This document shows positions 26,103-34,608 of a stretch of DNA of 36,651 nt, one piece after another. The stretch's first letter is position 1. Each line of letters begins with the position of its first letter. Location: assembly GCA_023426765.1 (NCBI GenBank), contig JAEZBW010000001.1:1-36651 (forward strand), read 5' to 3'. The position numbers were made by a program, and so were the translations under genes. Under the pieces are notes generated by a model that was given only the letters and a program-made list of their open reading frames with translations, was not told where the DNA came from and ran no database searches. The DNA is from Bacillota bacterium (GTDB lineage Bacteria > Bacillota > Clostridia > DSM-8532).

Positions 26103-26654
26103 ATGATCCTCACGGTTATTTTAATTTTCGTCGTTTTCCTTCTGCTGCTTCTTTTGCTCAGCTTTCGCATCAATATCGAACTCATCGCCAGGGATTCCGG
26201 CATTGCTTATACCATTAAGGGGAACATCCTGAAGGTGATCAAGGTATTTGAAGTGAAAAGCGGAAGTGAGGAAGCGGGCAAAAAGGTATGGGAAACCGAT
26301 GAAAAAGAGCAGGGTTTTATCCGAAAACGGCTGTTTGGAATTATAAAAGAGGCGCTTACCGAACAGAAGGGTAAGATTTTTCATATCGAGAAGCTGTCTG
26401 TGGATGGCACTTTTTCCATTGAAGACGCGGCCGCCAATGCAATTCTTCATGGCCTTTTCCTCACGCTGTGGCAGTTTCTGCTGATTTTTCTTGCCGCGAA
26501 TTTCACGCTGGAGCATCAAACCTACAACTTTCTGCCCGATTTCAGGAATGACCGGAACGAGTTCATTTTCCATGTCATTTTCCGTGTTGTGATCATCAAT
26601 ATGCTGCTGCTGGTGCTACATACTTTAATAGAAGCCAGAAAGAAAAAAATTTAG
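26103..26654 (+). CDS. ytfI: DUF2953 / YtfI-like sporulation membrane protein
   Basis: N-terminal TM MILTVILIFVVFLLLLLLLSF, about 180 aa, immediately upstream of a ytfJ homologue as in Bacillus. GGGAGGTG at 26089-26096 precedes the ATG at 26103. Confidence 0.65.
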   Translation: MILTVILIFVVFLLLLLLLSFRINIELIARDSGIAYTIKGNILKVIKVFEVKSGSEEAGKKVWETDEKEQGFIRKRLFGIIKEALTEQKGKIFHIEKLSVDGTFSIEDAAANAILHGLFLTLWQFLLIFLAANFTLEHQTYNFLPDFRNDRNEFIFHVIFRVVIINMLLLVLHTLIEARKKKI

Positions 26655-26723
26655 CAGTTTTGAATAGTTTTACCCGGAATAGCAAAGGATAAGCAAGGAC
26701 TGATACAGGATGGAGGTGTAGCA

Positions 26724-27194
26724 ATGGGAGCGCATCCGATCGATGAATTGATGAAAACAGCCATGGAAAGCATCCGAGACATGGTGGATGTGAATACGAT
26801 AGTGGGAGACGCAGTTCAAACCGCAGATGACACGGTCATTATTCCGGTTTCCAGGGTTGCGTTTGGTTTTGCCGCAGGAGGTGGGGACTATCAGGGACAG
26901 AAGGATTCAAAGTCCGACTCCGAAGAGGAAGGTTTTCCGTTTGCCGGAGGAAGCGGCGCAGGTGTGACCATACATCCGGTAGCTTTTATGGTGGTGGGAA
27001 AAAACAGCGCCATCAAGCTTTTACCGGTGGAACACTCTTCAACGCTTGATCGTGTGATGGACTTTATACCTGGTTTGCTGGATAAATTAACCCCAATGAT
27101 GGGAAAAAAGAAAGCCGGGGAAGAAGAAAACCAAAACCACGAGCATCACGAGCACCATGAAAGGAAGGAAAAAAGACAACAGGAACCGTTTTAA
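26724..27194 (+). CDS. ytfJ: Sporulation protein YtfJ (GerW family) with a His-rich C-terminal tail
   Basis: IDELMKTAMESIRDMVDVNTIVGDAV...IIPVSRVAFGFAAGGG...FAGGSGAGVTIHPVAFMVV is the GerW/YtfJ core. GGAGGTG lies upstream. Confidence 0.85.
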   Translation: MGAHPIDELMKTAMESIRDMVDVNTIVGDAVQTADDTVIIPVSRVAFGFAAGGGDYQGQKDSKSDSEEEGFPFAGGSGAGVTIHPVAFMVVGKNSAIKLLPVEHSSTLDRVMDFIPGLLDKLTPMMGKKKAGEEENQNHEHHEHHERKEKRQQEPF

Positions 27195-27210
27195 GGTTCC
27201 TGCTGCTTTT
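27180..27210 (+). terminator. Probable terminator of ytfJ; the stem includes the stop codon
   Basis: CAGGAACC (27180-27187) / GGTTCCTG (27195-27202): an 8-bp stem with a 7-nt loop, then CTGCTTTT. Confidence 0.5.
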
Positions 27211-27247
27211 CATATTTTATCGCTTATTACATCCCGTTTGTAGGTTT

Positions 27248-27280
27248 GTAACCTTTGAATGCCTGAGATTCAAAGGTTAC
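27248..27280. terminator. Perfect 13-bp inverted repeat between the convergent ytfJ and SASP genes
   Basis: GTAACCTTTGAAT (27248-27260), a 7-nt loop, ATTCAAAGGTTAC (27268-27280). There is no U-tract on either strand. It lies 15 nt past the SASP stop codon. Confidence 0.6.
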
Positions 27281-27294
27281 GCCAGTTCATTTGC

Positions 27295-27504
27295 TTATTT
27301 GTTGGTGGTATCGTATTGAGGATATTGATTACCGGTGTAGCTCTGGAAAACCTTCTTTACTATGTTGCCACCGATTGTTCCAGCTTCCCTTGAGGTCAGT
27401 TCACCGTTGTAACCCTGTTTCAGGTTGATACCCAATTGGTTTGCAATTTCAAATTTCATGTTGTCGAAAGAAGTCTTGCTGTTGCTGTTATTGCTGTTTG
27501 CCAT
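27295..27504 (-). CDS. Alpha/beta-type small acid-soluble spore protein
   Basis: MKFEIANQLGINL...LTSREAGTIGGNIVKKV matches the two conserved SASP alpha/beta blocks. Length is 69 aa, with GAGGAGGTG upstream on the minus strand. Confidence 0.93.
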   Translation of the reverse strand: MANSNNSNSKTSFDNMKFEIANQLGINLKQGYNGELTSREAGTIGGNIVKKVFQSYTGNQYPQYDTTNK

Positions 27505-27609
27505 CTCTTTTTCACCTCCTCGCTACTTATTATGGCTGTTAAACCTTAATATATAAGTAGAAAGTTATGGTGATACTGGAAACGGTAATTTATGTTAAAA
27601 TATCATGAA

Positions 27610-27798
27610 TCAAACCCGCACATCTATGAACCGACCGGCAGTCGTGTTGCCTCCCGCCGGAAGAGTTTTCAGAAGATCACTCATCTGCTGCGTCATTGCA
27701 TCCTGGGTGACTTTTTGCAGTGAAGCCTGAGCCATAACAGATGCGTTCATGTTTTTTATCTTATAGTAAGCGCCTACTACACCAGAAACAGACGACAT
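27610..27798 (-). CDS. YjfB-like putative motility protein (62 aa)
   Basis: MSSVSGVVGAYYKIKNMNASVMAQASLQKVTQDAMTQQMSDLLKTLPA...GRFIDVRV resembles the YjfB family (a Met/Gln/Ala-rich core ending in ..IDI/V..). AGGAGGTG precedes this ATG. The ORF-track start at 27960 adds 54 unsupported codons. Confidence 0.65.
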   Translation of the reverse strand: MSSVSGVVGAYYKIKNMNASVMAQASLQKVTQDAMTQQMSDLLKTLPAGGNTTAGRFIDVRV

Positions 27799-27839
27799 CC
27801 AATCACCTCCTGTAAAGATTAAAGAAACCACTCTCTTAC

Positions 27840-27848
27840 AATATACCA
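27840..27848 (-). promoter_or_regulatory. Candidate extended -10 element (TGgTATATT) for the YjfB-like gene
   Basis: The reverse complement of 27840-27848 reads TGGTATATT, about 40 nt upstream of the ATG at 27798. No good -35 element is present. Confidence 0.3.
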
Positions 27849-27899
27849 CAAATTCATGAAAATTAACTGAATTTATACGTTTTTTCTCCCCTGCATTTA

Positions 27900-27928
27900 T
27901 TGTATTTGTAGAAATGATATGATAAGAT
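27900..27928 (+). promoter_or_regulatory. Candidate sigma-A promoter for the flagellar operon (TTGTAT-N17-TAAGAT)
   Basis: -35 TTGTAT at 27900-27905, a 17-nt spacer, and -10 TAAGAT at 27923-27928, about 70 nt upstream of flgB. Confidence 0.35.
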
Positions 27929-27999
27929 AAACTAAGGGTCATAGTATCCTTACGAACCAAAGAAAAAAAGAAGTTCTATTCTTTAAGGGGTGATTCATA

Positions 28000-28380
28000 T
28001 TGTTAGGTAAATTGCTTTTCCCAAACAGGCAGTTGGAAAAATCATTGGATGCCGCGTGGCTGCGCAATGAGGTCATTTCCGGGAACATTGCAAATGCTGA
28101 CACACCCGGCTATAAACGTAAAGAAGTGCAATTCGAACAATATTTAAATTCCGAAATGAAAAACAGTCAGATAGAAAATGGGCAAACGCGCCTGTCAGGC
28201 GGCAGTGGGATGAAAGTGGCCGAAGACCACAGCAATTACAGCTATCGTCTGGACGGAAACAATGTGGACATGGAGCGTGAAATGGCGCAGATGGCCATGA
28301 ATACGCTGCGCTACAACACGCTGATCCAGCGGATGAACGGCCAGTTCAGCAAGCTGCGGAATGTGATCCGCGGGAGGTAA
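28000..28380 (+). CDS. flgB: Flagellar basal-body rod protein FlgB
   Basis: LRNEVISGNIANADTPGYKRKEV and the C-terminal DGNNVDMEREMAQMAMNTLRYN. TTG start with AAGGGGTGA upstream. Confidence 0.9.
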   Translation: MLGKLLFPNRQLEKSLDAAWLRNEVISGNIANADTPGYKRKEVQFEQYLNSEMKNSQIENGQTRLSGGSGMKVAEDHSNYSYRLDGNNVDMEREMAQMAMNTLRYNTLIQRMNGQFSKLRNVIRGR

Positions 28381-28382
28381 TC

Positions 28383-28823
28383 ATGGGATTTTTTACTGCA
28401 CTTGAATCCAGCGCATCGGCGCTGACTGCACAACGGCTTAGAATGGATACCATCTCTGAAAATATAGCCAATTCCAGTACGACACGCACCGAAAATGGTA
28501 CGCCTTATCGCAGAAAAACCGTCATTTTCGAGGCGGCAAACGGGAATCAGCCGTTTTCTTCATACCTGTCAAAGGCCAGCCGTGAAAGGGTTTCAGGCGG
28601 CGTCCGCGTATCAGCTATCGTGGAGGACCCTACACCGTTTAAAAGTGTCTATGACCCAGGGCATCCGGATGCCGACGAAAATGGAATGGTGCAGATGCCC
28701 AACGTGGATGTAGTCACCGAAATGGTGAACATGATCTCGGCTACAAGGGCATATGAAGCCAATGTCACAGCGATCAACACCACGAAATCAATGGCATCAA
28801 AGGCACTTGAAATTGGGAAGTAA
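28383..28823 (+). CDS. flgC: Flagellar basal-body rod protein FlgC
   Basis: SASALTAQRLRMDTISENIANSSTTRT..PYRRK and VDVVTEMVNMISATRAYEANV. Confidence 0.93.
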   Translation: MGFFTALESSASALTAQRLRMDTISENIANSSTTRTENGTPYRRKTVIFEAANGNQPFSSYLSKASRERVSGGVRVSAIVEDPTPFKSVYDPGHPDADENGMVQMPNVDVVTEMVNMISATRAYEANVTAINTTKSMASKALEIGK

Positions 28824-28886
28824 CCCGGGCAGATACACCGGATACGAAAGATAAATGTTTCAGGGGTTCAAAGGAGAGGGTAAAAA

Positions 28887-29186
28887 ATGAGTATGACGGG
28901 TCTTCAACCCATCCATCAGGGGCTACTGGCACAGGGTAAAAGCCTGCAAACCGAACAAACCGCAGGCATCAACTTCAAAGATTTCCTGTCCCAGGCCCTG
29001 CAGAATGTGAGCAAACTGGAAAAGGAATCTGATGCGATCACCAATGATTTTATCGCCGGAAAAATAGACAGCATTCATTCAGTGCTGATTGCAGCTGAAA
29101 AAGCATCCCTCGCGCTGGATATGGTTCTGGAAGTGCGCAACAAGGTTCTCGACGCTTATACGGAAATTATGCGGATGCAGGTGTAG
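28887..29186 (+). CDS. fliE: Flagellar hook-basal body complex protein FliE
   Basis: FKDFLSQALQNVSKLEKESD...IHSVLIAAEKASLALDMVLEVRNKVLDAYTEIMRMQV is the canonical FliE C-terminus. Confidence 0.9.
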   Translation: MSMTGLQPIHQGLLAQGKSLQTEQTAGINFKDFLSQALQNVSKLEKESDAITNDFIAGKIDSIHSVLIAAEKASLALDMVLEVRNKVLDAYTEIMRMQV

Positions 29187-29191
29187 GGACT

Positions 29192-29216
29192 CAGAGAACA
29201 GATAACAGAGAACAGA
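29192..29216 (+). repeat. Tandem direct repeat CAGAGAACAGA x2 (14-nt period) in the fliE-fliF spacer
   Basis: CAGAGAACAGA at 29192-29202 and again at 29206-29216, followed by three ATAAC pentamers within 30 nt. Confidence 0.8.
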
Positions 29217-29286
29217 AATCAAATAACCGATAACCTGTACGATGTTTCATTTATACAAAAGAAAAACCGGTCTGGAGGGGTTCAAA

Positions 29287-30864
29287 ATGCCGGAAGGTAT
29301 ACTAAAGCTGTGGAACAGAATAAAAGATTACTGGAAAGAGCTTGAAAAGGGCCAAAAGACAAGCATTTTCATCACTGCCGGGGCTATTGTCGCAGCGCTT
29401 GTGTTCACCCTAGTCATCAGCCTGAGAACCAATTATGTACCGCTGTTGGAAAGCGGAAACGAATATGATGTAAAGGCCATTGTCGAATACCTGGATACCA
29501 ATGGCATCAAATACAAAAAGGCCAGCGATCAGATTCTGGTGGACAGCAGCAAAAAACCCGACATCGAATTCGACCTGGCCAGCGAAGCAGGGCTTATCAG
29601 CCCGGATGTCATCTTCGATCAAAGCTGGTCGAAATTGTCCCTCACCGTTACCGAAGAGGATAAGGCCAAGCTTTGGCGGCAATTCGAGCAAACCAATCTG
29701 GTGTATAAACTGAAAAAGTTTGAAAACGTTCTGGACGCGTCGGTCCAATACACGAAACCTGAAAAAACCTATTGGGCCAATAAAAAAGGTACCGAGGATC
29801 AAGGTTCGGCATTTGTGTCCCTTAAGACAAAAGGAACTCTTACACCCGCTCAGGTTGAGGCAGCCGCCAGGGTTGTCGCCGCTTCCATCGGCATTCCAAA
29901 AGATAATATCACCCTGGTTGACGAGCTGTTAAACCCCCTGAACGCGACGCAGACCGACTCCTCGGTCGGTATTGCAGGCACACAGGAAGAAATGCGGCGC
30001 AACAGGGAACTGGAGCTGGAACAGAAATTGTACAAGCATTTCCGCGTGGGAATGATTCAAAATGCAAACTTCGATACCATGAGCGTAACGGTCAGCGCAA
30101 TGCTGGACTTTGATGTATTAAACAGCAGGGAAATCCAGTACACCGCGCCCGACAGCGACGGACAGGGTTTCATCAAAAACCTCGAAACCCTCGAGGAGAA
30201 GCTGGAAAACGGGGAAGCCGGACAAGCTCCCGGCCTGGACAGCAACCCCGGAACCACCACCTATCAGGTGGGTAACGACGGCAAATCCAGTTATGAGAAA
30301 GAGCATAACGTTGAAGAGCGATTGTTTAACGAAAAAGAGACTGAATCCAAAAAAGCGCTGGGTAAACTGATACCCGACCAGACAAAGGCAACAGTCACCC
30401 TTTGGTACGGGCATATTGTAGAAACTGCCGATGCCCTGACAACCGAGTACATCGATCAGGTGAAACAAAACGCCAGCAACGCCATGGGCATTCCGGTGAA
30501 CAATATTTCGGTCAGCATCCAGAAGCTTTTGCCCGAGGCTACGGCAGACGTTCAGTTCTCCGACAGGCTTGGCATGTTTGTTGAACAATATGGATTGTAT
30601 ATCCTGATGCTGCTGCTGCTTGCCGTCATGGTGGTTCTTCTGATTCCGAAACGGAAAAAGGAAGACGCCGAAGCCGAGTTGGAGCCCGAACCTGCATTCG
30701 CCGGACCCCAATTTGTGGTTCCTGAAAAACACAGACCGGGTCTTCCCAATATCGAGTTGGCTGAAAATGATGAATTGAAACAGCAAATAGAGAAATTTGT
30801 GGCTGCAAAACCCGATGCGGTTGCACAGCTGCTTCGGAACTGGCTTACCGAAGACTGGGATTAG
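29287..30864 (+). CDS. fliF: Flagellar MS-ring protein FliF
   Basis: N-terminal TM (IFITAGAIVAALVFTLVI), YscJ/FliF ring domains, a C-terminal TM (LYILMLLLLAVMVVLLI), and a FliG-binding tail ending ..AVAQLLRNWLTED. GGAGGGG at 29274-29280 precedes the ATG at 29287. Confidence 0.9.
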   Translation: MPEGILKLWNRIKDYWKELEKGQKTSIFITAGAIVAALVFTLVISLRTNYVPLLESGNEYDVKAIVEYLDTNGIKYKKASDQILVDSSKKPDIEFDLASEAGLISPDVIFDQSWSKLSLTVTEEDKAKLWRQFEQTNLVYKLKKFENVLDASVQYTKPEKTYWANKKGTEDQGSAFVSLKTKGTLTPAQVEAAARVVAASIGIPKDNITLVDELLNPLNATQTDSSVGIAGTQEEMRRNRELELEQKLYKHFRVGMIQNANFDTMSVTVSAMLDFDVLNSREIQYTAPDSDGQGFIKNLETLEEKLENGEAGQAPGLDSNPGTTTYQVGNDGKSSYEKEHNVEERLFNEKETESKKALGKLIPDQTKATVTLWYGHIVETADALTTEYIDQVKQNASNAMGIPVNNISVSIQKLLPEATADVQFSDRLGMFVEQYGLYILMLLLLAVMVVLLIPKRKKEDAEAELEPEPAFAGPQFVVPEKHRPGLPNIELAENDELKQQIEKFVAAKPDAVAQLLRNWLTEDWD

Positions 30865-30876
30865 GAGGTGTTTGAG

Positions 30877-31905
30877 ATGGCGCCGGCTGTCAGAGGAGAA
30901 AACGTAAGAGAATATTCGGGCAGGGAAAAAGCAGCGATGCTTTTAATCACCCTTGGTCCCGAGCGGTCTGCGCAGATCTTCAAGCATCTGAAGGAAGATG
31001 AAATCGAGCAGTTAACGCTGGAAATTGCAAACATCCGCAGCGTGACAACACAGGACAAGGACCGGATTCTGGAGGAATTCTATCAGATCTGCCTGGCTCA
31101 GGAGTATATTGCAGAGGGCGGTATCGGTTACGCGAAGGATATTCTGGAAAAGGCCCTGGGCACCGAGAAAACCATGGAGATCATCAACAAGCTGACGGTT
31201 TCACTGCAGGTCAGGCCCTTTGACTTTGTGCGCAAGGCTGACCCGGCCCAGGTGTTGAACTTCATCCAAAGCGAGCATCCGCAGACCATCGCTTTAATTC
31301 TTGCCTATCTGAAGCCACAGCAGGCAGCGGTGGTATTGTCTTCGCTGCCGCAGGACAAACAGGCTGATGTTGCACGCCGTATCGCGGTGATGGATCGCAC
31401 CTCCCCGGAAATCATCAAGGAAGTGGAACGGGTGCTTGAGAAAAAGCTGTCCTCGCTGGTGACCGAGGATTACACCGCCACCGGTGGTCTGCAGGCGATT
31501 GTGGATGTATTGAACTCGGTAGACCGCGGAACCGAGAAGTTCATCATGGAAACCCTGGAAATTGAAGATGCCGACCTGGCCGAAGAAATACGGAAGAGAA
31601 TGTTTGTCTTTGAAGACATTCTTCAGTTGGATAACCGCGCCATCCAGCGCTTCCTGCGCGAGGTGGACAACAATCAGCTTGCTCTTGCTTTGAAGGGCGC
31701 CACCGAAGAGGTTCAGAACCTCATTTACAACAACATGTCCAAGCGTCTGACCGAAATGATCAAAGAAGACATCGAGTTTATGGGCCCTGTGCGGTTAAAG
31801 GATGTTGAAGAGGCTCAGCAGAAGATCGTGAATGTGATCCGCAAGCTTGAGGATGCCGGAGAAATTATTATTTCCAGAGGCGGAGGCGACGAAATCGTTG
31901 TTTAA
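30877..31905 (+). CDS. fliG: Flagellar motor switch protein FliG
   Basis: GREKAAMLLITLGPERSAQIFKHL, EHPQTIALILAYL and MFVFEDILQLDNRAIQRFLREV motifs. AGGAGG at 30863-30868 lies 8 nt before the ATG at 30877. A GTG at 30868 is an alternative start. Confidence 0.93.
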   Translation: MAPAVRGENVREYSGREKAAMLLITLGPERSAQIFKHLKEDEIEQLTLEIANIRSVTTQDKDRILEEFYQICLAQEYIAEGGIGYAKDILEKALGTEKTMEIINKLTVSLQVRPFDFVRKADPAQVLNFIQSEHPQTIALILAYLKPQQAAVVLSSLPQDKQADVARRIAVMDRTSPEIIKEVERVLEKKLSSLVTEDYTATGGLQAIVDVLNSVDRGTEKFIMETLEIEDADLAEEIRKRMFVFEDILQLDNRAIQRFLREVDNNQLALALKGATEEVQNLIYNNMSKRLTEMIKEDIEFMGPVRLKDVEEAQQKIVNVIRKLEDAGEIIISRGGGDEIVV

Positions 31906-32689
31906 TGCATATGGCAGCAATGTCTATAAAAAATATCAGGTGAATATGGGAAACCCTTATCCGGTGAAACCCAGAAAAACCGCTCCGCCCATTTTGAACA
32001 GAGAGCCGGAGATCAATGTTGTACAGCAGCAGGAGGACTTACTGGAAAATGCCAGGAATCAGGCCGAACAAATCCTGCAAAAGGCCATGCGTGACGCCGA
32101 CGACATGCTGGTGCAGGCCCAGGAGAAAATTTTGGCCCATATGCAGGAAGTAGAGCAGCAAGCCAAGGAAGAAGGCTACCGGAACGGCGAAAAGCTTGCA
32201 CAGAAGCACTACCAAAGCTTGATTCAGGAGGCCGAAGAGCTGAAACACGAGGCTGAAGAACTTTATCAAAACACGGTTCTCAGCCTGGAAGGCCAAATGG
32301 TTGAGACCATTCTGGATATCGGGCGCAAGGTGATCGGCACCGAACTGTCCCAGAACAGGGAAGTTATTTTGTCCCTGATCCGCAAAACATTACAAAGTAC
32401 CTCCCCCTCGGGAGAAATCATTGTCACCGTCAGCCCGGATGACTATGACCTCGTCATGGAGAACCAGGAACGGCTTACCGAAGGGGTGAAGAATATCCGT
32501 GACCTGGTGATTAAAAAGGATAACAGCCTTCAAAGGGGCGGATGTATTGTTGAAACCGGCTTCGGCTCGGTGGACAGCAGCATTGAAACCCAGCTGAAAG
32601 CCATCGAGAGCACGTTCCGGGAAATTCTGGGCGTCCCGTCCGCCGATGAAGCTGCCGCTTCCGAAGAAGATGGTTTTACTCCGGTTTAA
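31898..32689 (+). CDS. fliH: Flagellar assembly protein FliH
   Basis: A coiled-coil E/Q/A-rich centre, the C-terminal FliH block GGCIVETGFGSVDSSIETQL, and a position between fliG and fliI. The start is ambiguous: TTG 31898 (GGAGG at 31882-31886), ATG 31847/31853 overlapping fliG, or GTG 31940 / ATG 31946. Confidence 0.75.
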   Translation: MFNAYGSNVYKKYQVNMGNPYPVKPRKTAPPILNREPEINVVQQQEDLLENARNQAEQILQKAMRDADDMLVQAQEKILAHMQEVEQQAKEEGYRNGEKLAQKHYQSLIQEAEELKHEAEELYQNTVLSLEGQMVETILDIGRKVIGTELSQNREVILSLIRKTLQSTSPSGEIIVTVSPDDYDLVMENQERLTEGVKNIRDLVIKKDNSLQRGGCIVETGFGSVDSSIETQLKAIESTFREILGVPSADEAAASEEDGFTPV

Positions 32690-32789
32690 CATTTAACCGG
32701 TAAAGGAACGTTTCACCCATATTTATGTATACAGGGAAAAAGCGGAATCGTTATCCATTCTCAATAAGCCGAAAGTTTTGGAGACTTAA

Positions 32790-34109
32790 ATGGCCATTCA
32801 AATCAATCTGGAAAAATATCGAAATGCGCTTCAAACAAAACAGTTCGTTTGTTTTAAAGGTCAGGTCACAAAGGTGGTGGGTCTGACCATAGAATCCAAC
32901 GGTCCGGAAACCCATGTGGGAGAATTGTGCCGTATCATGAACCCCCGGCTGGACCGGCAGGTCCTGGCCGAAGTCGTCGGTTTTCGCGACAGGAGCGTTC
33001 TTTTAATGCCCCTGGGTGAAATGACGGGGATTGCACCCGGAAATGACGTCGTCGCCACCGGAATGGAACTATCGGTCGGGGCAGGCCCGGGTTTACTGGG
33101 CCGGGTACTGGACGGTCTTGGAAACCCCATGGACGGCAAGGGGAGAATTGAAATTGAAAAATACTATTCGGTGAATAACATGCCGCCGCATCCGATGGAA
33201 AGGCCGCGGATCAGTGATGTACTGCCGTTGGGCGTAAAATGCATCGATTCACTTCTGACCGTAGGCAAAGGCCAGAGGATGGGGATTTTTGCGGGCAGCG
33301 GCGTGGGAAAAAGCACGCTGATGGGCATGATCGCCAGGAACACCAGGGCCGATATCAATGTGATTGCGCTGATTGGCGAACGTGGCCGTGAGGTGCGTGA
33401 CTTTCTGGAAAGAGATTTGCAGGAGGACGGCCTGAAGCGTTCGGTGGTAGTCGTTGCAACCTCCGACCAGCCGGCGTTGATCCGGAAAACAGGAGCGCTG
33501 CTGGCTACCGCTATTGCAGAATACTTCAGGGATCAGGGAAATGACGTCTTACTGCTGATGGATTCGCTGACGCGTTTTTCCATGGCCCAGCGGGAGATCG
33601 GGCTTTCCATCGGTGAACCTCCTGTTTCCAGAGGCTACACGCCTTCTGTTTTTTCCATCATGCCCAAGCTGCTGGAACGCTCCGGCACATCGGAAAAAGG
33701 CTCCATCACCGGGCTTTATACCGTTCTTGTGGACGGAGACGATATGACCGAACCCATTACCGATACGGCCAGGAGCATTTTGGACGGCCATATCGTACTA
33801 TCCCGCCAGATGGCTCATCGGAACCATTATCCCGCAGTGGACGTATTGGAATCCATCAGCCGTGTGATGAGTGACATCGCGGATGATGAGCATAAAAAAA
33901 CTGCCGGTGAAATCCGGAAAAACCTGGCTGTTTACCGTGAAGCAGAAGATTTGATCAATGTAGGTGCTTATGTCAAAGGCAGCAATCCGGATATCGATCG
34001 CGCCATATCCCTTATAACCGGAATTAATGCTTTTCTTGTACAGAGCACCACAGAAAAATTCACTTTTGATAAGACCATGGAGCTGATGAAGCAGGCCATT
34101 CAGAAATAG
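32790..34109 (+). CDS. fliI: Flagellum-specific ATPase FliI
   Basis: Walker A GSGVGKSTLMGMI, Walker B LLLMDSLTRFSMAQRE, and HYPAVDVLESISR. Confidence 0.95.
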   Translation: MAIQINLEKYRNALQTKQFVCFKGQVTKVVGLTIESNGPETHVGELCRIMNPRLDRQVLAEVVGFRDRSVLLMPLGEMTGIAPGNDVVATGMELSVGAGPGLLGRVLDGLGNPMDGKGRIEIEKYYSVNNMPPHPMERPRISDVLPLGVKCIDSLLTVGKGQRMGIFAGSGVGKSTLMGMIARNTRADINVIALIGERGREVRDFLERDLQEDGLKRSVVVVATSDQPALIRKTGALLATAIAEYFRDQGNDVLLLMDSLTRFSMAQREIGLSIGEPPVSRGYTPSVFSIMPKLLERSGTSEKGSITGLYTVLVDGDDMTEPITDTARSILDGHIVLSRQMAHRNHYPAVDVLESISRVMSDIADDEHKKTAGEIRKNLAVYREAEDLINVGAYVKGSNPDIDRAISLITGINAFLVQSTTEKFTFDKTMELMKQAIQK

Positions 34110-34135
34110 ATTCAGCAGCAATTCCCGGAGGCATT

Positions 34136-34594
34136 ATGCCCACTTTTCATTTTCGGATGCAAACCATACTGGATATTAAAAAACAGCTGGAAAAAAGCAC
34201 GAAAAACGAGCTGGGCGTTGCCATCCAAAAGATGGAGCTGCAAAAACGAGTTCTGGCCGAAATTCAGCACGAAGAAGCCTTGCAGCAGGAGGAATACCGG
34301 AAGGAAAGCAGTGAAGGTGTTGTTCTCGCAAAGCTGAAGCAGCGCATGGAGTATATTTCGGTTTTGCATCAAAGAGAATTATCCCAACAGCAGAGGGTTA
34401 ATGAAGAGATGAAAAATGTCGATAAAATTAGAGAGAGACTCATCGAGCTGATGAAGGAGAGAAAGGTACTGGAAAAGCTGAGGGAAAAGGAACTTGCCCT
34501 GTTCAGGAAGGAGCAGGAAAGGGCGGGGCAGATTTTGGTGGATGAACTCATCAGCTTTAAGGAATCTGTCAAACCGGTTGACGATAGATCATAG
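34136..34594 (+). CDS. fliJ: Flagellar export chaperone FliJ
   Basis: A 152-aa all-coiled-coil protein (FRMQTILDIKKQLEKSTKNELG...) immediately after fliI. GGAGG at 34127-34131. Confidence 0.8.
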   Translation: MPTFHFRMQTILDIKKQLEKSTKNELGVAIQKMELQKRVLAEIQHEEALQQEEYRKESSEGVVLAKLKQRMEYISVLHQRELSQQQRVNEEMKNVDKIRERLIELMKERKVLEKLREKELALFRKEQERAGQILVDELISFKESVKPVDDRS

Positions 34595-34608
34595 ATCAGG
34601 AGAAAACC

